NCBI GenBank assembly: GCA_028714455.1
Contig: JAQTMG010000001.1
Coordinates: 568-64,567, forward strand
Reading direction: 5' to 3'
Length of the DNA stretch: 64,000 nt
Source: Patescibacteria group bacterium
GTDB lineage: Bacteria > Patescibacteriota > Patescibacteriia > CAIXNZ01
Position 1 is the stretch's first letter, and each line of letters opens with the position of its first letter. Positions 1 through 10,132 of this stretch are shown one piece after another. The notes under the pieces were generated by a model. That model was not told the DNA's origin. It did no database searches and saw only the letters and a program-made list of their open reading frames with translations. The position numbers and the translations under genes were made by a program.

Positions 1-475
1 AATAATTTTCCACAAAACTATGGTCCTGAAATCCCCACCAAACTCCGTCAGCATTAATCACCTCTTTTTGCCACTTGACTAAATTATCAAATAAAAATTT
101 TTTTAAATTATTTTCTTCAATAAACCGAATCTTTGGTACCGGATAAGCTTTTTCCGCGCTGATTAGACTTATTTCGCTGATGGCTTTTTTTATTAAAGTT
201 TCTTTTTCTGCCAACTCTCGCTTAGATTGCTCTAAGATTTTTTCCAAACTCTCTGGTGGCAGAGGCACAAACTGCAAAGTTTTTCCGCCAAAATCTTCGG
301 AGATCAAGCCTTTAGCCAGCAACCCTTTGGCAATATGATATAAAGAGGCGCGTTTAAGTTTGGTTAAATTCGCTAAAACAGACGGTTTGGTTTTCCCGCT
401 TTTTAATAGAGCCAAATAAACTTGAATTTCCTTGTCATTGAGCCCCAATTTTTTTAACGTTTGGTTAATAGCCAT
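1..475 (-). CDS. TrmB-family HTH transcriptional regulator (partial, runs off window start)
   Basis: Manual translation from ATG at 475: MAINQTLKKLGLNDKEIQVYLALLKSG...KRASLYHIAKGLLAKGLI, a typical TrmB N-terminus; not in ORF track. Confidence 0.8.
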   Translation of the reverse strand, partial: MAINQTLKKLGLNDKEIQVYLALLKSGKTKPSVLANLTKLKRASLYHIAKGLLAKGLISEDFGGKTLQFVPLPPESLEKILEQSKRELAEKETLIKKAISEISLISAEKAYPVPKIRFIEENNLKKFLFDNLVKWQKEVINADGVWWGFQDHSFVENY

Positions 476-638
476 AAATTAAATCAATATTTACATTATA
501 CACTGTTGTTCATATTTTGTCAACACTTGTCCAACAATAATTGACAAAATGTATAATTTATTTTATACTACCCCATTAGTTAAGGAGTGGCCTAAATCCT
601 AAAAAAATCGTTCTTCAAAAATTAAAAAGGAGGAAAAA

Positions 639-1232
639 ATGAATACACAAGGATGGTTTGGCACTATTTCTAAAGATGGTTGGGAAACAATCGAAAAACC
701 TGGCTGGTTCGGTGAGAGAAAAAGAAATGCTTTGGCTGAATATGATCGACTTTATGGACAAGGCAACTGGCGTATTCGCCATCGCTTAGGTTCACGCCTA
801 ATTGATTTCTCGGAAGCCGTGCGAATTTATGAATTATGTTATGAATTACATTTTCTTAATCCTCATAGCAGATACCTTTGGCTTCAACTTTTCAAAGAAG
901 CTAGGGATGTTTGGACTGAACTAGAATCTGATGTTGAATCTGGCACTGACTATTTAATCCAAAAAGCTCCGGCGCCACATTACGAAGATATTGCCATTCG
1001 TATCATTTTGCAACGATATGATAGAAAATTCACTGGCAATAAGATGATACGTGTGCGCGCTGACAGCCCGGATGTAATAGGAGTCGCCTTGAGCTCAATC
1101 CACATACCATTTATACTCCCGGACTTCATTGAACCTGAAGCTCACGGTGTGCAATGGTGGAATCGTCATAGAGGCTCATTAGAGCATTTCTGGCATGCCA
1201 ATAAAGAATTGCAAATCAGGAGAAAAAAATGA
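639..1232 (+). CDS. hypothetical protein
   Basis: 197-aa ORF with AGGAGG SD; no family recognised. Confidence 0.75.
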   Translation: MNTQGWFGTISKDGWETIEKPGWFGERKRNALAEYDRLYGQGNWRIRHRLGSRLIDFSEAVRIYELCYELHFLNPHSRYLWLQLFKEARDVWTELESDVESGTDYLIQKAPAPHYEDIAIRIILQRYDRKFTGNKMIRVRADSPDVIGVALSSIHIPFILPDFIEPEAHGVQWWNRHRGSLEHFWHANKELQIRRKK

Positions 1233-1525
1233 AAAAGCCTGCGCATGAAGTAATCTTGCAAGAATTAAAAAGACAATTTCGAATTTCTATTGAGCTAGAT
1301 AAAAAAATGGCAGATTGTAGAAAACGATTTAGAAATGATTCGCCATATCAAACAGAATCTGTTATTTCTTCAACGAAAATTTTGTTGCTTTTCCAACTTC
1401 TGATGAAAATCTATATCCCTCGAAAAGAAATTTCAGAAATAATTAAGGAGCTTCAAGAACTGCACTCAAAAACTGAAACTTTCGGAACCTTATTTATAGA
1501 ACTTATAAGAAATTTGTCCGAATAA
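1229..1525 (+). CDS. hypothetical protein
   Basis: 98-aa ORF, ATGA overlap with upstream ORF, followed by terminator. Confidence 0.6.
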   Translation: MKKPAHEVILQELKRQFRISIELDKKMADCRKRFRNDSPYQTESVISSTKILLLFQLLMKIYIPRKEISEIIKELQELHSKTETFGTLFIELIRNLSE

Positions 1526-1529
1526 ACAC

Positions 1530-1555
1530 AAGACCCGCTTTCGCGGGTCTTTTTC
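1530..1555. terminator. intrinsic terminator between convergent genes
   Basis: AGACCCGC-TTTC-GCGGGTCT followed by T run. Confidence 0.8.
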
Positions 1556-1556
1556 T

Positions 1557-3482
1557 TTATCTTTTTAACTTTCTTATCTCATCCCTAATCTCAATCGCTT
1601 TTTCAAAATCAAGGTTTTCGGCCGCGATTTGCATTTGAGTTTCCAGCTCCACGATCAAATCTTCAAGTGAATTAACTTTCTTCAAGTCAAACTTCTCGAT
1701 TTCCTTTTCAATCGTGGCTGGTTTTTCTTTAATGGTTTTAATAATAGAAGCCGGAGTTATATTGTGCTTTTCATTATATTCAACCTGAATCTTGCGGCGG
1801 CGATTTGTTTCGTCAATGGCTTCCTTCATAGAACCAGTCATTACATCCGCGTACATTAAAACTTTGGAATCAACATTACGAGCGGCACGACCGATTGTCT
1901 GAATTAAACTTCGGGCATCGCGCAAAAAACTTTCTTTGTCAGCGTCCAAAATTGCCACCAAACCAACTTCTGGAATATCCAAGCCCTCGCGCAATAAATT
2001 AATACCGACTATCACATCATATTTGCCCCTTCTTAAATCATGGATAATTTCAGTGCGTTCCAGAGTATCGACTTCAGAATGCAAATAGGTCACCAAAATA
2101 TCTTTTTTTAATAAATATTCAGTCAAATCCTCGGCCATTTTCTTGGTTAGGGTTGTGACCAAGGTTCTGTTGCCCATTTCTTTTGTCTTGAGAATTTCAT
2201 TTACCAAATCATCGAGCTGGCCTTCTGATTTTCTGACAAAAATTTCAGGATCAATCAAGCCAGTCGGTCTGATAATCTGCTCGACCACTTGTCCCGAATT
2301 TCTAACTTCATAATCGCTAGGTGTGGCCGAAGTATAAACTACATGTTTCATGTATTTTTCAAATTCATCAAAACGCAAGGGACGATTATCATAAGCCGAG
2401 GGCAATCTAAAGCCGTTATCAATCAAATTTTTCTTTCTAGTTTTATCACCAGCATACATGCCATGAAGCTGGGGCAGGGCCTGATGCGATTCATCTATAA
2501 TCAAAAGAAAATCTTTTGGAAAAAAATCTAAAAGTGTTTTAGGCGGTTCGCCAACTGCGCGGCCATCAAAATGTCTTGAATAATTTTCAATGCCTTTGCA
2601 ATAACCAAGTTCGCGAATCATTTCCATGTCGTATCGAGTTCTTTTTTCCAAACGATGCGCTTCCAGCATGGGCAGAGTCGGCAAAACTTCTTTTAGCTCT
2701 GCTTCAATTGATTTCAAAGCGCGCTCAATTGAATCTTTTGAGGTCATAAAAGGCGAAGCTGGAAAAATATCCAATTTTTTAATTTCTTCCAAAACTTTCA
2801 AATTAACCGGCTCAATCACTTTAATCCCTTCGATCTTATCGCCAGAAAAATTTATTCTGTAGATATACCGACCATAACCTTGAACTAAATCCAAAGTATT
2901 TCCTCGTACTCTAAAGCGCCCCGAGCGCAAATCAGTGTCATTGCGTTCAAATTGAGTGTGAACCAAATGTTTAATTAAATTTTCTCTGCCAAATTCCTGA
3001 CCAACCTTAATGGTAAAAATACTTTTGCTATATTCTTTGGGATCTCCCAAGCCATAAATACAAGAAACAGAAGCCACCACAATTACATCTTCGCGTGAGA
3101 CAACTGAAGCTGCCGCTTCCAGCCGATATTCTTCAATTTTTTCATTAATCTTAATATCTTTTTCAATATAGGTATCTGTTGAGGGAACATAACTTTCTGG
3201 CTGATAATAATCATAATATGAAATAAAATAGCAAACCTTATTGTCCGGAAAATATTCTTTAAACTCTTCGTAAAGCTGACCAGCCAAGGTTTTATTGTGC
3301 GCCAAAACAAGCGTGGGTTTTTGCACGCTCTGAATTAAGTTGGCCATGGTAAAAGTTTTGCCAGAGCCAGTTACACCCAAAAGAGTTTGCTGGGGAAACT
3401 TTTTGTAACCAGTTTCAAGTTCTTTAATTGCCTTGGGCTGGTCGCCAGTGGGCTTATAAGTTGTTTTAAGTTTAAATTTCAT
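1557..3482 (-). CDS. uvrB: excinuclease ABC subunit B
   Basis: PTGDQP, GVTGSGKT, YYDYYQPE, DESH, GINLLREGLD, QTIGRAARN and C-terminal UVR motif. Confidence 0.98.
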   Translation of the reverse strand: MKFKLKTTYKPTGDQPKAIKELETGYKKFPQQTLLGVTGSGKTFTMANLIQSVQKPTLVLAHNKTLAGQLYEEFKEYFPDNKVCYFISYYDYYQPESYVPSTDTYIEKDIKINEKIEEYRLEAAASVVSREDVIVVASVSCIYGLGDPKEYSKSIFTIKVGQEFGRENLIKHLVHTQFERNDTDLRSGRFRVRGNTLDLVQGYGRYIYRINFSGDKIEGIKVIEPVNLKVLEEIKKLDIFPASPFMTSKDSIERALKSIEAELKEVLPTLPMLEAHRLEKRTRYDMEMIRELGYCKGIENYSRHFDGRAVGEPPKTLLDFFPKDFLLIIDESHQALPQLHGMYAGDKTRKKNLIDNGFRLPSAYDNRPLRFDEFEKYMKHVVYTSATPSDYEVRNSGQVVEQIIRPTGLIDPEIFVRKSEGQLDDLVNEILKTKEMGNRTLVTTLTKKMAEDLTEYLLKKDILVTYLHSEVDTLERTEIIHDLRRGKYDVIVGINLLREGLDIPEVGLVAILDADKESFLRDARSLIQTIGRAARNVDSKVLMYADVMTGSMKEAIDETNRRRKIQVEYNEKHNITPASIIKTIKEKPATIEKEIEKFDLKKVNSLEDLIVELETQMQIAAENLDFEKAIEIRDEIRKLKR

Positions 3483-4111
3483 TTTTTATCAGCTATTAAA
3501 ATAATAAATTTGCTACTAAATCTATAAGGAATTTTTGCCTTAACAATTTCTGGGCGAACTTCGGATTCATAAATCTTAACCCTATAATTTTTAAAAAGTT
3601 TTTTAAGAATATTTTTGGCTTCCTGTAATTTATAAAGTGGTTCCTTGCCAATCTTAATAAATTTACCAGCAAAAGAGATTCTTTTTAAATCAGTAGCAAA
3701 ATCTATTATAACCCTTCCATTCTTATTTAAAACCCTGTCTATTTCTCTAAATACTTTCGGTAAAATTTTTCTTGGCAGAAGATGTAGGGTACCGGTGCAA
3801 AAGACACCATCAAAATAATTATCTTTAAAAGGAAATTTTTTAGTAATATCAAAAACCCTAATCTTTAATTTTGACTTATACTTAGTCGGGGTATTACTCC
3901 TCAATTTATTCAAAGCGCCCTTGTCAACGTCCGAAGCAATGACAAAATCTACCTTTTTCAATAGATTTAAATTGTAACGACCGTCGCCGCCTGCCAGATT
4001 AAGCCATCTACCTTTAATTTTAGTCTCTTCCAAAAACTTAAGGGTATCTTTATCACCCTTACCCCAAATGGATTTTCTTTTATTCTCAATTGTTTTAAGT
4101 TTAAATTTCAT
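3479..4111 (-). CDS. class I SAM-dependent methyltransferase
   Basis: WLNLAGGDGR motif I, FPFKDNYFDGVFC, EIDRVL..GRVII. Confidence 0.85.
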   Translation of the reverse strand: MKFKLKTIENKRKSIWGKGDKDTLKFLEETKIKGRWLNLAGGDGRYNLNLLKKVDFVIASDVDKGALNKLRSNTPTKYKSKLKIRVFDITKKFPFKDNYFDGVFCTGTLHLLPRKILPKVFREIDRVLNKNGRVIIDFATDLKRISFAGKFIKIGKEPLYKLQEAKNILKKLFKNYRVKIYESEVRPEIVKAKIPYRFSSKFIILIADKK

Positions 4112-4816
4112 TTATTTTTTATTGTCATTCTTGCAAACCATAATATAATCTCCGTATTGTGATTCAATATCGGGCCAGGTCTTAACCACCTCGACATTGC
4201 CAAAATATTTATTAAAAATAGGCAACCGTTTTTTCAATGAAGTTTTATACTCGTTCTTCATCACATCATTATGCAAAATATCTACGGTGGCTGCAATGAC
4301 ATCATCTGGAGCGCCATTTTTGATAGTTTCCACTAAATATTCATATCCCAATTTAGCAGCTGCGATTTTTCTTTCTTTCTCGTTGGCATAATCATCAATA
4401 TGACAGTCGGAAATTATTACTAACCCGTCTGGCTTAACCATGTCCGCGATTCTGGCAATTGCCCGATCCTGTTTTTCGTATACAATATGATGAATTGAGC
4501 CCGTGCAGATAACTACATCAAAGAGTTGCTGCGGTTGCCATGAAAGAGTATCTCCTACTTCAAAACTAATCTTAGGATATTTCTCTTTAGAAAAACTGAT
4601 ATATCTTTCATCCAAATCAACGCCCACAAGTTTAAGGTCACCTCTCTTGTCTGATATTTGGCCAAGCAAATATCCTGGCCCGCACATTATGTCCAGCAAA
4701 GTGCCATTTTTCGGCGCTTGAGAATTTATAATTTCTAGCACTTTTTCAAGCGACTTTTTATAGGGCATATAGAGCAACTCCAGCTCATAAATTTTTGACT
4801 CGGGTAGTTCTTTCAT
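4112..4816 (-). CDS. class I SAM-dependent methyltransferase
   Basis: LLDIMCGPG motif I, FDVVIC..SIHH; start reassigned to ATG 4816 (MKELPESK) because the longer ORF runs through two tRNAs. Confidence 0.85.
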   Translation of the reverse strand: MKELPESKIYELELLYMPYKKSLEKVLEIINSQAPKNGTLLDIMCGPGYLLGQISDKRGDLKLVGVDLDERYISFSKEKYPKISFEVGDTLSWQPQQLFDVVICTGSIHHIVYEKQDRAIARIADMVKPDGLVIISDCHIDDYANEKERKIAAAKLGYEYLVETIKNGAPDDVIAATVDILHNDVMKNEYKTSLKKRLPIFNKYFGNVEVVKTWPDIESQYGDYIMVCKNDNKK

Positions 4817-4902
4817 ATAATTTGGATTATTTATTTGACACCTCAATTTTACCATTTTACACCAAAAACAAAAAACCGTCCAGATTGAACGGTTTGAATT
4901 TA

Positions 4903-4978
4903 TGGAGCGGGGAGCGGGAGTCGAACCCGCAACACCCAGATTGGAAGTCTGATACTCTGCCAATTGAGTTACCCCCGC
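4903..4978 (-). tRNA. tRNA-Gly(TCC)
   Basis: Cloverleaf GCGGGGG...CTTCCAA anticodon loop...GGTTCGACTCC...CCA. Confidence 0.95.
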
Positions 4979-4998
4979 CCTAAAGAACGAATGTTTGT

Positions 4999-5075
4999 TG
5001 GTCGGGCTGGTGGGACTCGAACCCACGATCTCTTGGTCCCAAACCAAGCGCGATAGCCAGCTTCGCTACAGCCCG
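4999..5075 (-). tRNA. tRNA-Pro(TGG)
   Basis: Cloverleaf CGGGCTG...TTTGGGA loop...GGTTCGAGTCC...CAGCCCGACCA. Confidence 0.95.
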
Positions 5076-5220
5076 ACCCGTTAATTAAGGATTGTAGCAT
5101 AAATTAGTCAAGCTGTCAATGGGGCGGAATAGTAACTTTTAATTATTCACAAATTATTGACAAGAGAGAAAAAAGGCGCTAAGATAAAATATCAAAATAG
5201 AACCTTAACAAGGAGGTAAA

Positions 5221-5772
5221 ATGGCCAGCGAGAATAAAGAGCCTGTTAGCCTGCCAGTGTATAAGACCAAACCCGAATTCTTACTAACGTTATGGGACGT
5301 TAAATCCAGACATCTACAATTATTGCGTGATGCCGTACCCGTAGCGTTTCTCTCGCCCTCAAAAAGAAAAATACCGTTGTATAGTCGAGACCAATGCGAA
5401 CAAATCGATATAATCGGAGAACACGAGGGCTTACCCATCTATTGGAAAAAACCCGACGGACTATTTACCGAGTCAGATTTAAAGAAGATGGGATTTAAAT
5501 TAGTAGCCCAGGCCAAACCTACCGGCGTCATCAAATATGAGTTCGCACGAATGGGTAATTATCTCTACCCGATATCGCAATCAATCCCCAGGCTTAAACA
5601 TAAACATCTGACTAAATTCGAACGTATACTTTGGGCGGCGGATATCGAGTCGGATCTAAAAAATCTAAAACAGAGGGAAGTTGCAGAAAAATATGGCTGT
5701 TCTCTAAAGCTGGTGTCTAAACTGAAAAAAACATTTCAAAGGCTAAATCAAGGGAGAGAGGCTAGCGTTTAA
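5221..5772 (+). CDS. hypothetical protein with probable C-terminal HTH
   Basis: AAGGAGG SD, own promoter and terminator; KQREVAEKYGCSLKLVSKLK is HTH-like. Confidence 0.7.
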   Translation: MASENKEPVSLPVYKTKPEFLLTLWDVKSRHLQLLRDAVPVAFLSPSKRKIPLYSRDQCEQIDIIGEHEGLPIYWKKPDGLFTESDLKKMGFKLVAQAKPTGVIKYEFARMGNYLYPISQSIPRLKHKHLTKFERILWAADIESDLKNLKQREVAEKYGCSLKLVSKLKKTFQRLNQGREASV

Positions 5773-5776
5773 AACA

Positions 5777-5805
5777 AAATCCCTCCGCGCCGCGGAGGGA
5801 TTTTT
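5777..5805. terminator. bidirectional intrinsic terminator
   Basis: AAAATCCCTCCGC-GCC-GCGGAGGGATTTT. Confidence 0.8.
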
Positions 5806-5820
5806 CTATTTTTAGAATTT

Positions 5821-6114
5821 CTATTTGTTCTCTAATTCGATGCCAATTCCGCCAATCCAGCCAGCCACTAGGTTATAAAGCCAAGCGACGATTGCGCCGG
5901 AAATAAAACCGCCAATGCCGTACATAATCGGCATAAGAATGATGGCAAACAAACCGCCTCCCATCATGCCCCAACCGCCCTGGTCACCCAGCATACCTGA
6001 AATGCCGGCACCGACTAAGGCGAAAAGGATTCCCAGGACAAGTCCCAGAATTACGCCCAGTAAACCTTCGACTTTTGCGACTGAAAGTACATCCAGACTT
6101 TTGATTTTTGTCAT
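5821..6114 (-). CDS. small two-helix membrane protein (DUF3566-like)
   Basis: KSLDVLSVAK...LYNLVAGWIGGIGIELE pattern, two hydrophobic segments. Confidence 0.7.
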   Translation of the reverse strand: MTKIKSLDVLSVAKVEGLLGVILGLVLGILFALVGAGISGMLGDQGGWGMMGGGLFAIILMPIMYGIGGFISGAIVAWLYNLVAGWIGGIGIELENK

Positions 6115-6202
6115 AGATTTTGGTTAATTATATTCCACCCCCATTATAACAAAAAAAGAAAAAACCGTCACTTTCGTGACGGTTTGAACGCTTAATCTTG
6201 TC

Positions 6203-6547
6203 CTATACATTGAGGTTGGTGATAACCTTCTCCTTTATGGGAACCTCTTTGGGAATTTCCTCGTCTGCATAATAGAATTCGAGTTCCTCTTGAGACAAGG
6301 ACTCTCTGATGCTCGGCGACAAAGAGGCGGGTTGAATTATCTCGCCTTTTTCCCTGGCCAACTCTGCTTCCTCACGCGATTCATAGACCTGGTTTCCAGA
6401 AGTACGCGGGATGCAAAAGCGCTTGAGAAACGGGCTGTTATCAGCAAACAGCTCAAACACAAAGTCTTTTGCTTCCTGACCATGAGGGAATATCTTCTCC
6501 AATTTTCCACCATCTCTGTACATCACCACGTAAGTGTAATCGGGCAT
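6203..6547 (-). CDS. hypothetical protein
   Basis: 114-aa ORF with AAGGAGG SD, last gene of a 3-gene unit. Confidence 0.7.
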   Translation of the reverse strand: MPDYTYVVMYRDGGKLEKIFPHGQEAKDFVFELFADNSPFLKRFCIPRTSGNQVYESREEAELAREKGEIIQPASLSPSIRESLSQEELEFYYADEEIPKEVPIKEKVITNLNV

Positions 6548-6560
6548 TTTGGCCTCCTTT

Positions 6561-6722
6561 TCATTCAGCCCAAAGTCTGTACCAGTTTCCGTCTTTTGTC
6601 AACGCGTATCTTCTAAGTCCTTTTGTCAGTTTTGCCACCAATTCTTTACAAAACGGAGCTCCCACGCTTAATGCCCAGAAGCTCGGTTTTTGCAAATTCT
6701 CAAATTTGACCTTTCTGGCCAT
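6561..6722 (-). CDS. small hypothetical protein (53 aa)
   Basis: Manual translation MARKVKFENLQKPSFWALSVGAPFCKELVAKLTKGLRRYALTKDGNWYRLWAE; GAGGAGG SD; fills the gap between neighbours. Confidence 0.6.
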   Translation of the reverse strand: MARKVKFENLQKPSFWALSVGAPFCKELVAKLTKGLRRYALTKDGNWYRLWAE

Positions 6723-6723
6723 T

Positions 6724-7207
6724 TTACCCTCCTCTTCGCTGGCTCATGGCGATTGACAGAATTTCCTCGGGCTCCATGTCAAAGTCCGGCGGTAAGGGCT
6801 TGCCGTTTTGCGACATCATCACCTGTTCGAGCGAATCATGAGGAATCAACAAAATGGTGTACTCCCTTCCCGTTGACCTCTCAAAAGAGCAGACCTCGTC
6901 ATTCAGGCGGATGATCGTTCTCTCCACTTCTGAATCAATGTGCCAAGATCCAAATCTTGGCGGCGTAGTCTCGCCCTTACGCCTCGCTTTCATGGCCAAA
7001 GCCAAGATTTGTTCGGCAGGCGTGGAATTATCATTGGCCAAAAACGCCGTTGACCGACATAACGATTCTTTCATCGGCCGCATGAGGAATAAAAAGAACT
7101 GCGTACTCGTTACCTGATTTCCCAGAAAACTTTTTGATTCCTTCGTTCAGCTCAAGCAACGCCCCGCTCACGCCTTCATCAATATGCAACGAATCATTTT
7201 CTCCCAT
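6724..7207 (-). pseudogene. frameshifted tandem two-domain hypothetical protein
   Basis: ORFs 7031-7207 and 6724-7083 encode two similar domains (HID..V...L.LN.....F....G.EY..L.IPH...E..MS.NG) joined across a frameshift at a T5 run near 7040-7044. Confidence 0.7.
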
Positions 7208-7400
7208 TTTGAACCCTCCTTTTTGTATTTGTTGACATTTTATAAGTTTATGGCAAAAAGTCAAGAAAAATCATTTGTCACAGCCAAAAAATTATCATAT
7301 AATTAAATAAGGGATTTCGCCCTCTTTTATTTTTACTATGAGCCATGAGCTCGAAGCACGGAGCTCTAAGCCCTAAGCCCAGAGCTCGAGGCCTTCCAAT

Positions 7401-10085
7401 ATGTTTTTAAAAAAATTAGAAATTCAGGGTTTCAAATCTTTTGCCAATAAGATTGTTTTGGAATTTCCAGAAAAAGCCAAAAACACCAGGGGTATCACGG
7501 CTGTGGTCGGTCCAAATGGCTCGGGCAAGTCAAATACGGCCGATGCCATCCGCTGGGCTTTGGGCGAACAGAGCATCAAGATGCTGCGCGGCAAAAAAAG
7601 CGAGGATGTCATCTTTACTGGTTCTGACAAGAAAGCGCGCATGGGTTTTGCCGAGGTTTCTTTATTTTTGGATAATCACGATAAATCGGCTGACATTGAT
7701 TATGAAGAATTAATTATTACGCGCCGCGTCTACAGAAACGGCGACAGCGGATATCTTATCAATAACGCCAAGGCGCGTCTGGCTGACATTCAGTTGCTTT
7801 TAGCCAAAGCCAATTTTGGCCAGCGCAGTTATTCCATCATCGGCCAAGGCATGGCTGATTCTGTTTTGTCTGCTTCACTCCAAGAGAGAAAAGAACTTTT
7901 TGATGAGGCAGTCGGTGTTCGCCAGCTGCAGATTAAACGCGAACAGGCGCTCAATAAATTTAAAGCAACCCGAGACAATCTGGCGCAGACGGCAGTTACT
8001 CTGTCAGAAATAGAACCGCGAATAAGATCGCTTACCAGACAGGTAAAAAAACTGGAGAAGCGCGAAGAGTTTGAAAAAGAGCTAAAAGTCATTCAGCTTG
8101 ATTACTTCGCCCAGATCTGGCAGCGGCTGGAAAAAAACCAAAAAGACATAGAAATTAAAAAAAATGAGCTGGATAAAACCGCGTCTTCTTTAAGTGAGAA
8201 AATTCAGATCATCGAAAGCAAAATTAATGAATCATCGGCAGAGAGTTCGCGCCAGGTTCTTTTTGAAAAAATCCAGAACGAATATAATAATTTGATTTTG
8301 CAAAAAAATTCTCTTTTACGCGACCAGACGATTTTGAAAGCCAAGTTGGATGTGGAATTTGAGAAGCAGGGCCAGGGCAATGTGGTCTGGCTCAAAAACA
8401 GAGTCGAGGAAATCCAAAATCAGATTACCAATCACAAGCAGCAACTTTCGGAGATTGAAGACCTGATCAAAAAAGAACAAACCAATTTAAAAAATAAAGA
8501 AAACAATTTTGAATCAATCAACAAGCGCTTGGAAAATGTTAGAACAGAATTAAACCAAATCAAGGGTTCTGACAGTCAGCCTTTTGAGGGAGAAAAAGAG
8601 CTGGAAGCGATTTTTGAGCTGCAACAAGATCTGGTCAACAAACTTCTGAAGGTTGAAAATATTGAAGAACTGAAAGAGCTAAAAAATCAGGCGCGAGAAG
8701 TTTCGCAAAAACTTTCTGTCTACCTGGAAAAATTAAAAAGTGTAAAAAAACAAGGTGCTGATAATCTTTTTAATCTGCAAAACCAGCTGGAAGCCTTGAG
8801 CAAGGAAAAAAATGACTTGAGCTTGGAAATTTCCCAGTTCAAATTAAACCTGAATATAAAAAATGAAAAAATCACCTCGCTCAATCAGGAAATCACCAAG
8901 CTAAATTCGGAAATTGAAAAAATCAATCAGGAAATTTCCTTGAGCCAGGTTAAAAATGACAAAAAAGAATTTACCAGCCAGGTTGAAAAACAAATTAAAG
9001 AAGCCGAGACAAAAATTTCTGATCTAGACAAAAAAATCAGCGAACAGGCAGCCAAAATTTCTGACTTTAACAAAGATGAACAGGGTAAAAAAGAAAAATT
9101 AATTGAATTGCAGAAGGAATTTCAGGAAAAACTTAATCAGCTTAGCCAGCTTAACCAAAAAATTAGTCAGTTTGATATTGAGCTGGCCAAATATTCAACT
9201 CGCAAGGAGGATATTGAAAGCGAAATCAGGCAGGAAAAACTGGAGTTAGCCACAATTTCAAAACATCGAGCCGAAAAAGAGCTGGATGAGAATGCCGCCA
9301 GCGAACAGATTCAATATCTCAAGAGGCAAATGGAAATAATCGGCGGCATTGATGAAGAGACTCAAAAAGAATACACGGAAATCAAAGAGCGCTATGACTT
9401 TTTAAAAACGCAGTCCGAAGATCTGGAAAAAGCCATTAGTTCGGCTGAAAAAATCATTGAAGAACTCGATCGCACAATCAAGGAACAGTTTGACAAAGCC
9501 TTTAAAGAAATCAACAAGGAATTCCAAAAATATTTCCGAGTACTTTTCAACGGCGGTCAAGCCGAATTGATTAAAGTTAGCGTGGATGAAATAAAAAAAG
9601 AAGAGAAAGAAGAGAAAGAGGGGGAAGAAGGCAAAGAAGGAGCAGAGGAAGAGTCGGGCGTTTTGGCCCAGGCCGAAAAATTTGTGGAAAAATTAAAGCA
9701 AAAAGAAAAAGAGAGTTACGCGGGTATTGAAATTAAAGCCGTGCCGCCTGGCAAAAAAGTAAAGTCAATAAATATGCTTTCTGGCGGCGAGCGAGCCCTC
9801 ACTTCAATCGCCTTAATTTCGGCTATTATCGCCAATAATCCTTCGCCCTTTGTCGTGCTTGATGAAGTTGACGCGGCTCTGGACGAAGCCAATTCGGAAA
9901 GGTTTAGTTATATTATTGAAGAGCTGGCCCAAAAAACTCAATTCATTGTCATTACTCATAACCGTGTGACCATGCACAAAGCCGATGTACTTTACGGCGT
10001 GACTATGGGCGACGACGGCGTTTCTAAATTACTTTCAATCAAACTGGCCGACGCCGAGGATATGGTTGGCTCGGTCAGAGGTTAA
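7401..10085 (+). CDS. smc: chromosome segregation protein SMC (short form)
   Basis: LEIQGFKSF, GPNGSGKSN Walker A, long coiled coil, LSGGE, LDEVDAALDEAN, ITH. Confidence 0.93.
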   Translation: MFLKKLEIQGFKSFANKIVLEFPEKAKNTRGITAVVGPNGSGKSNTADAIRWALGEQSIKMLRGKKSEDVIFTGSDKKARMGFAEVSLFLDNHDKSADIDYEELIITRRVYRNGDSGYLINNAKARLADIQLLLAKANFGQRSYSIIGQGMADSVLSASLQERKELFDEAVGVRQLQIKREQALNKFKATRDNLAQTAVTLSEIEPRIRSLTRQVKKLEKREEFEKELKVIQLDYFAQIWQRLEKNQKDIEIKKNELDKTASSLSEKIQIIESKINESSAESSRQVLFEKIQNEYNNLILQKNSLLRDQTILKAKLDVEFEKQGQGNVVWLKNRVEEIQNQITNHKQQLSEIEDLIKKEQTNLKNKENNFESINKRLENVRTELNQIKGSDSQPFEGEKELEAIFELQQDLVNKLLKVENIEELKELKNQAREVSQKLSVYLEKLKSVKKQGADNLFNLQNQLEALSKEKNDLSLEISQFKLNLNIKNEKITSLNQEITKLNSEIEKINQEISLSQVKNDKKEFTSQVEKQIKEAETKISDLDKKISEQAAKISDFNKDEQGKKEKLIELQKEFQEKLNQLSQLNQKISQFDIELAKYSTRKEDIESEIRQEKLELATISKHRAEKELDENAASEQIQYLKRQMEIIGGIDEETQKEYTEIKERYDFLKTQSEDLEKAISSAEKIIEELDRTIKEQFDKAFKEINKEFQKYFRVLFNGGQAELIKVSVDEIKKEEKEEKEGEEGKEGAEEESGVLAQAEKFVEKLKQKEKESYAGIEIKAVPPGKKVKSINMLSGGERALTSIALISAIIANNPSPFVVLDEVDAALDEANSERFSYIIEELAQKTQFIVITHNRVTMHKADVLYGVTMGDDGVSKLLSIKLADAEDMVGSVRG

Positions 10086-10132
10086 TAAAAATATAAAAAA
10101 GAGAGCCGACATTCAGCTCTCTTTTGCTTTAT

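Noticed and set aside
4817-5047. N-terminal extension of the 311-aa ORF
   Set aside because: It runs through tRNA-Gly and tRNA-Pro; the real start is most likely ATG 4816.
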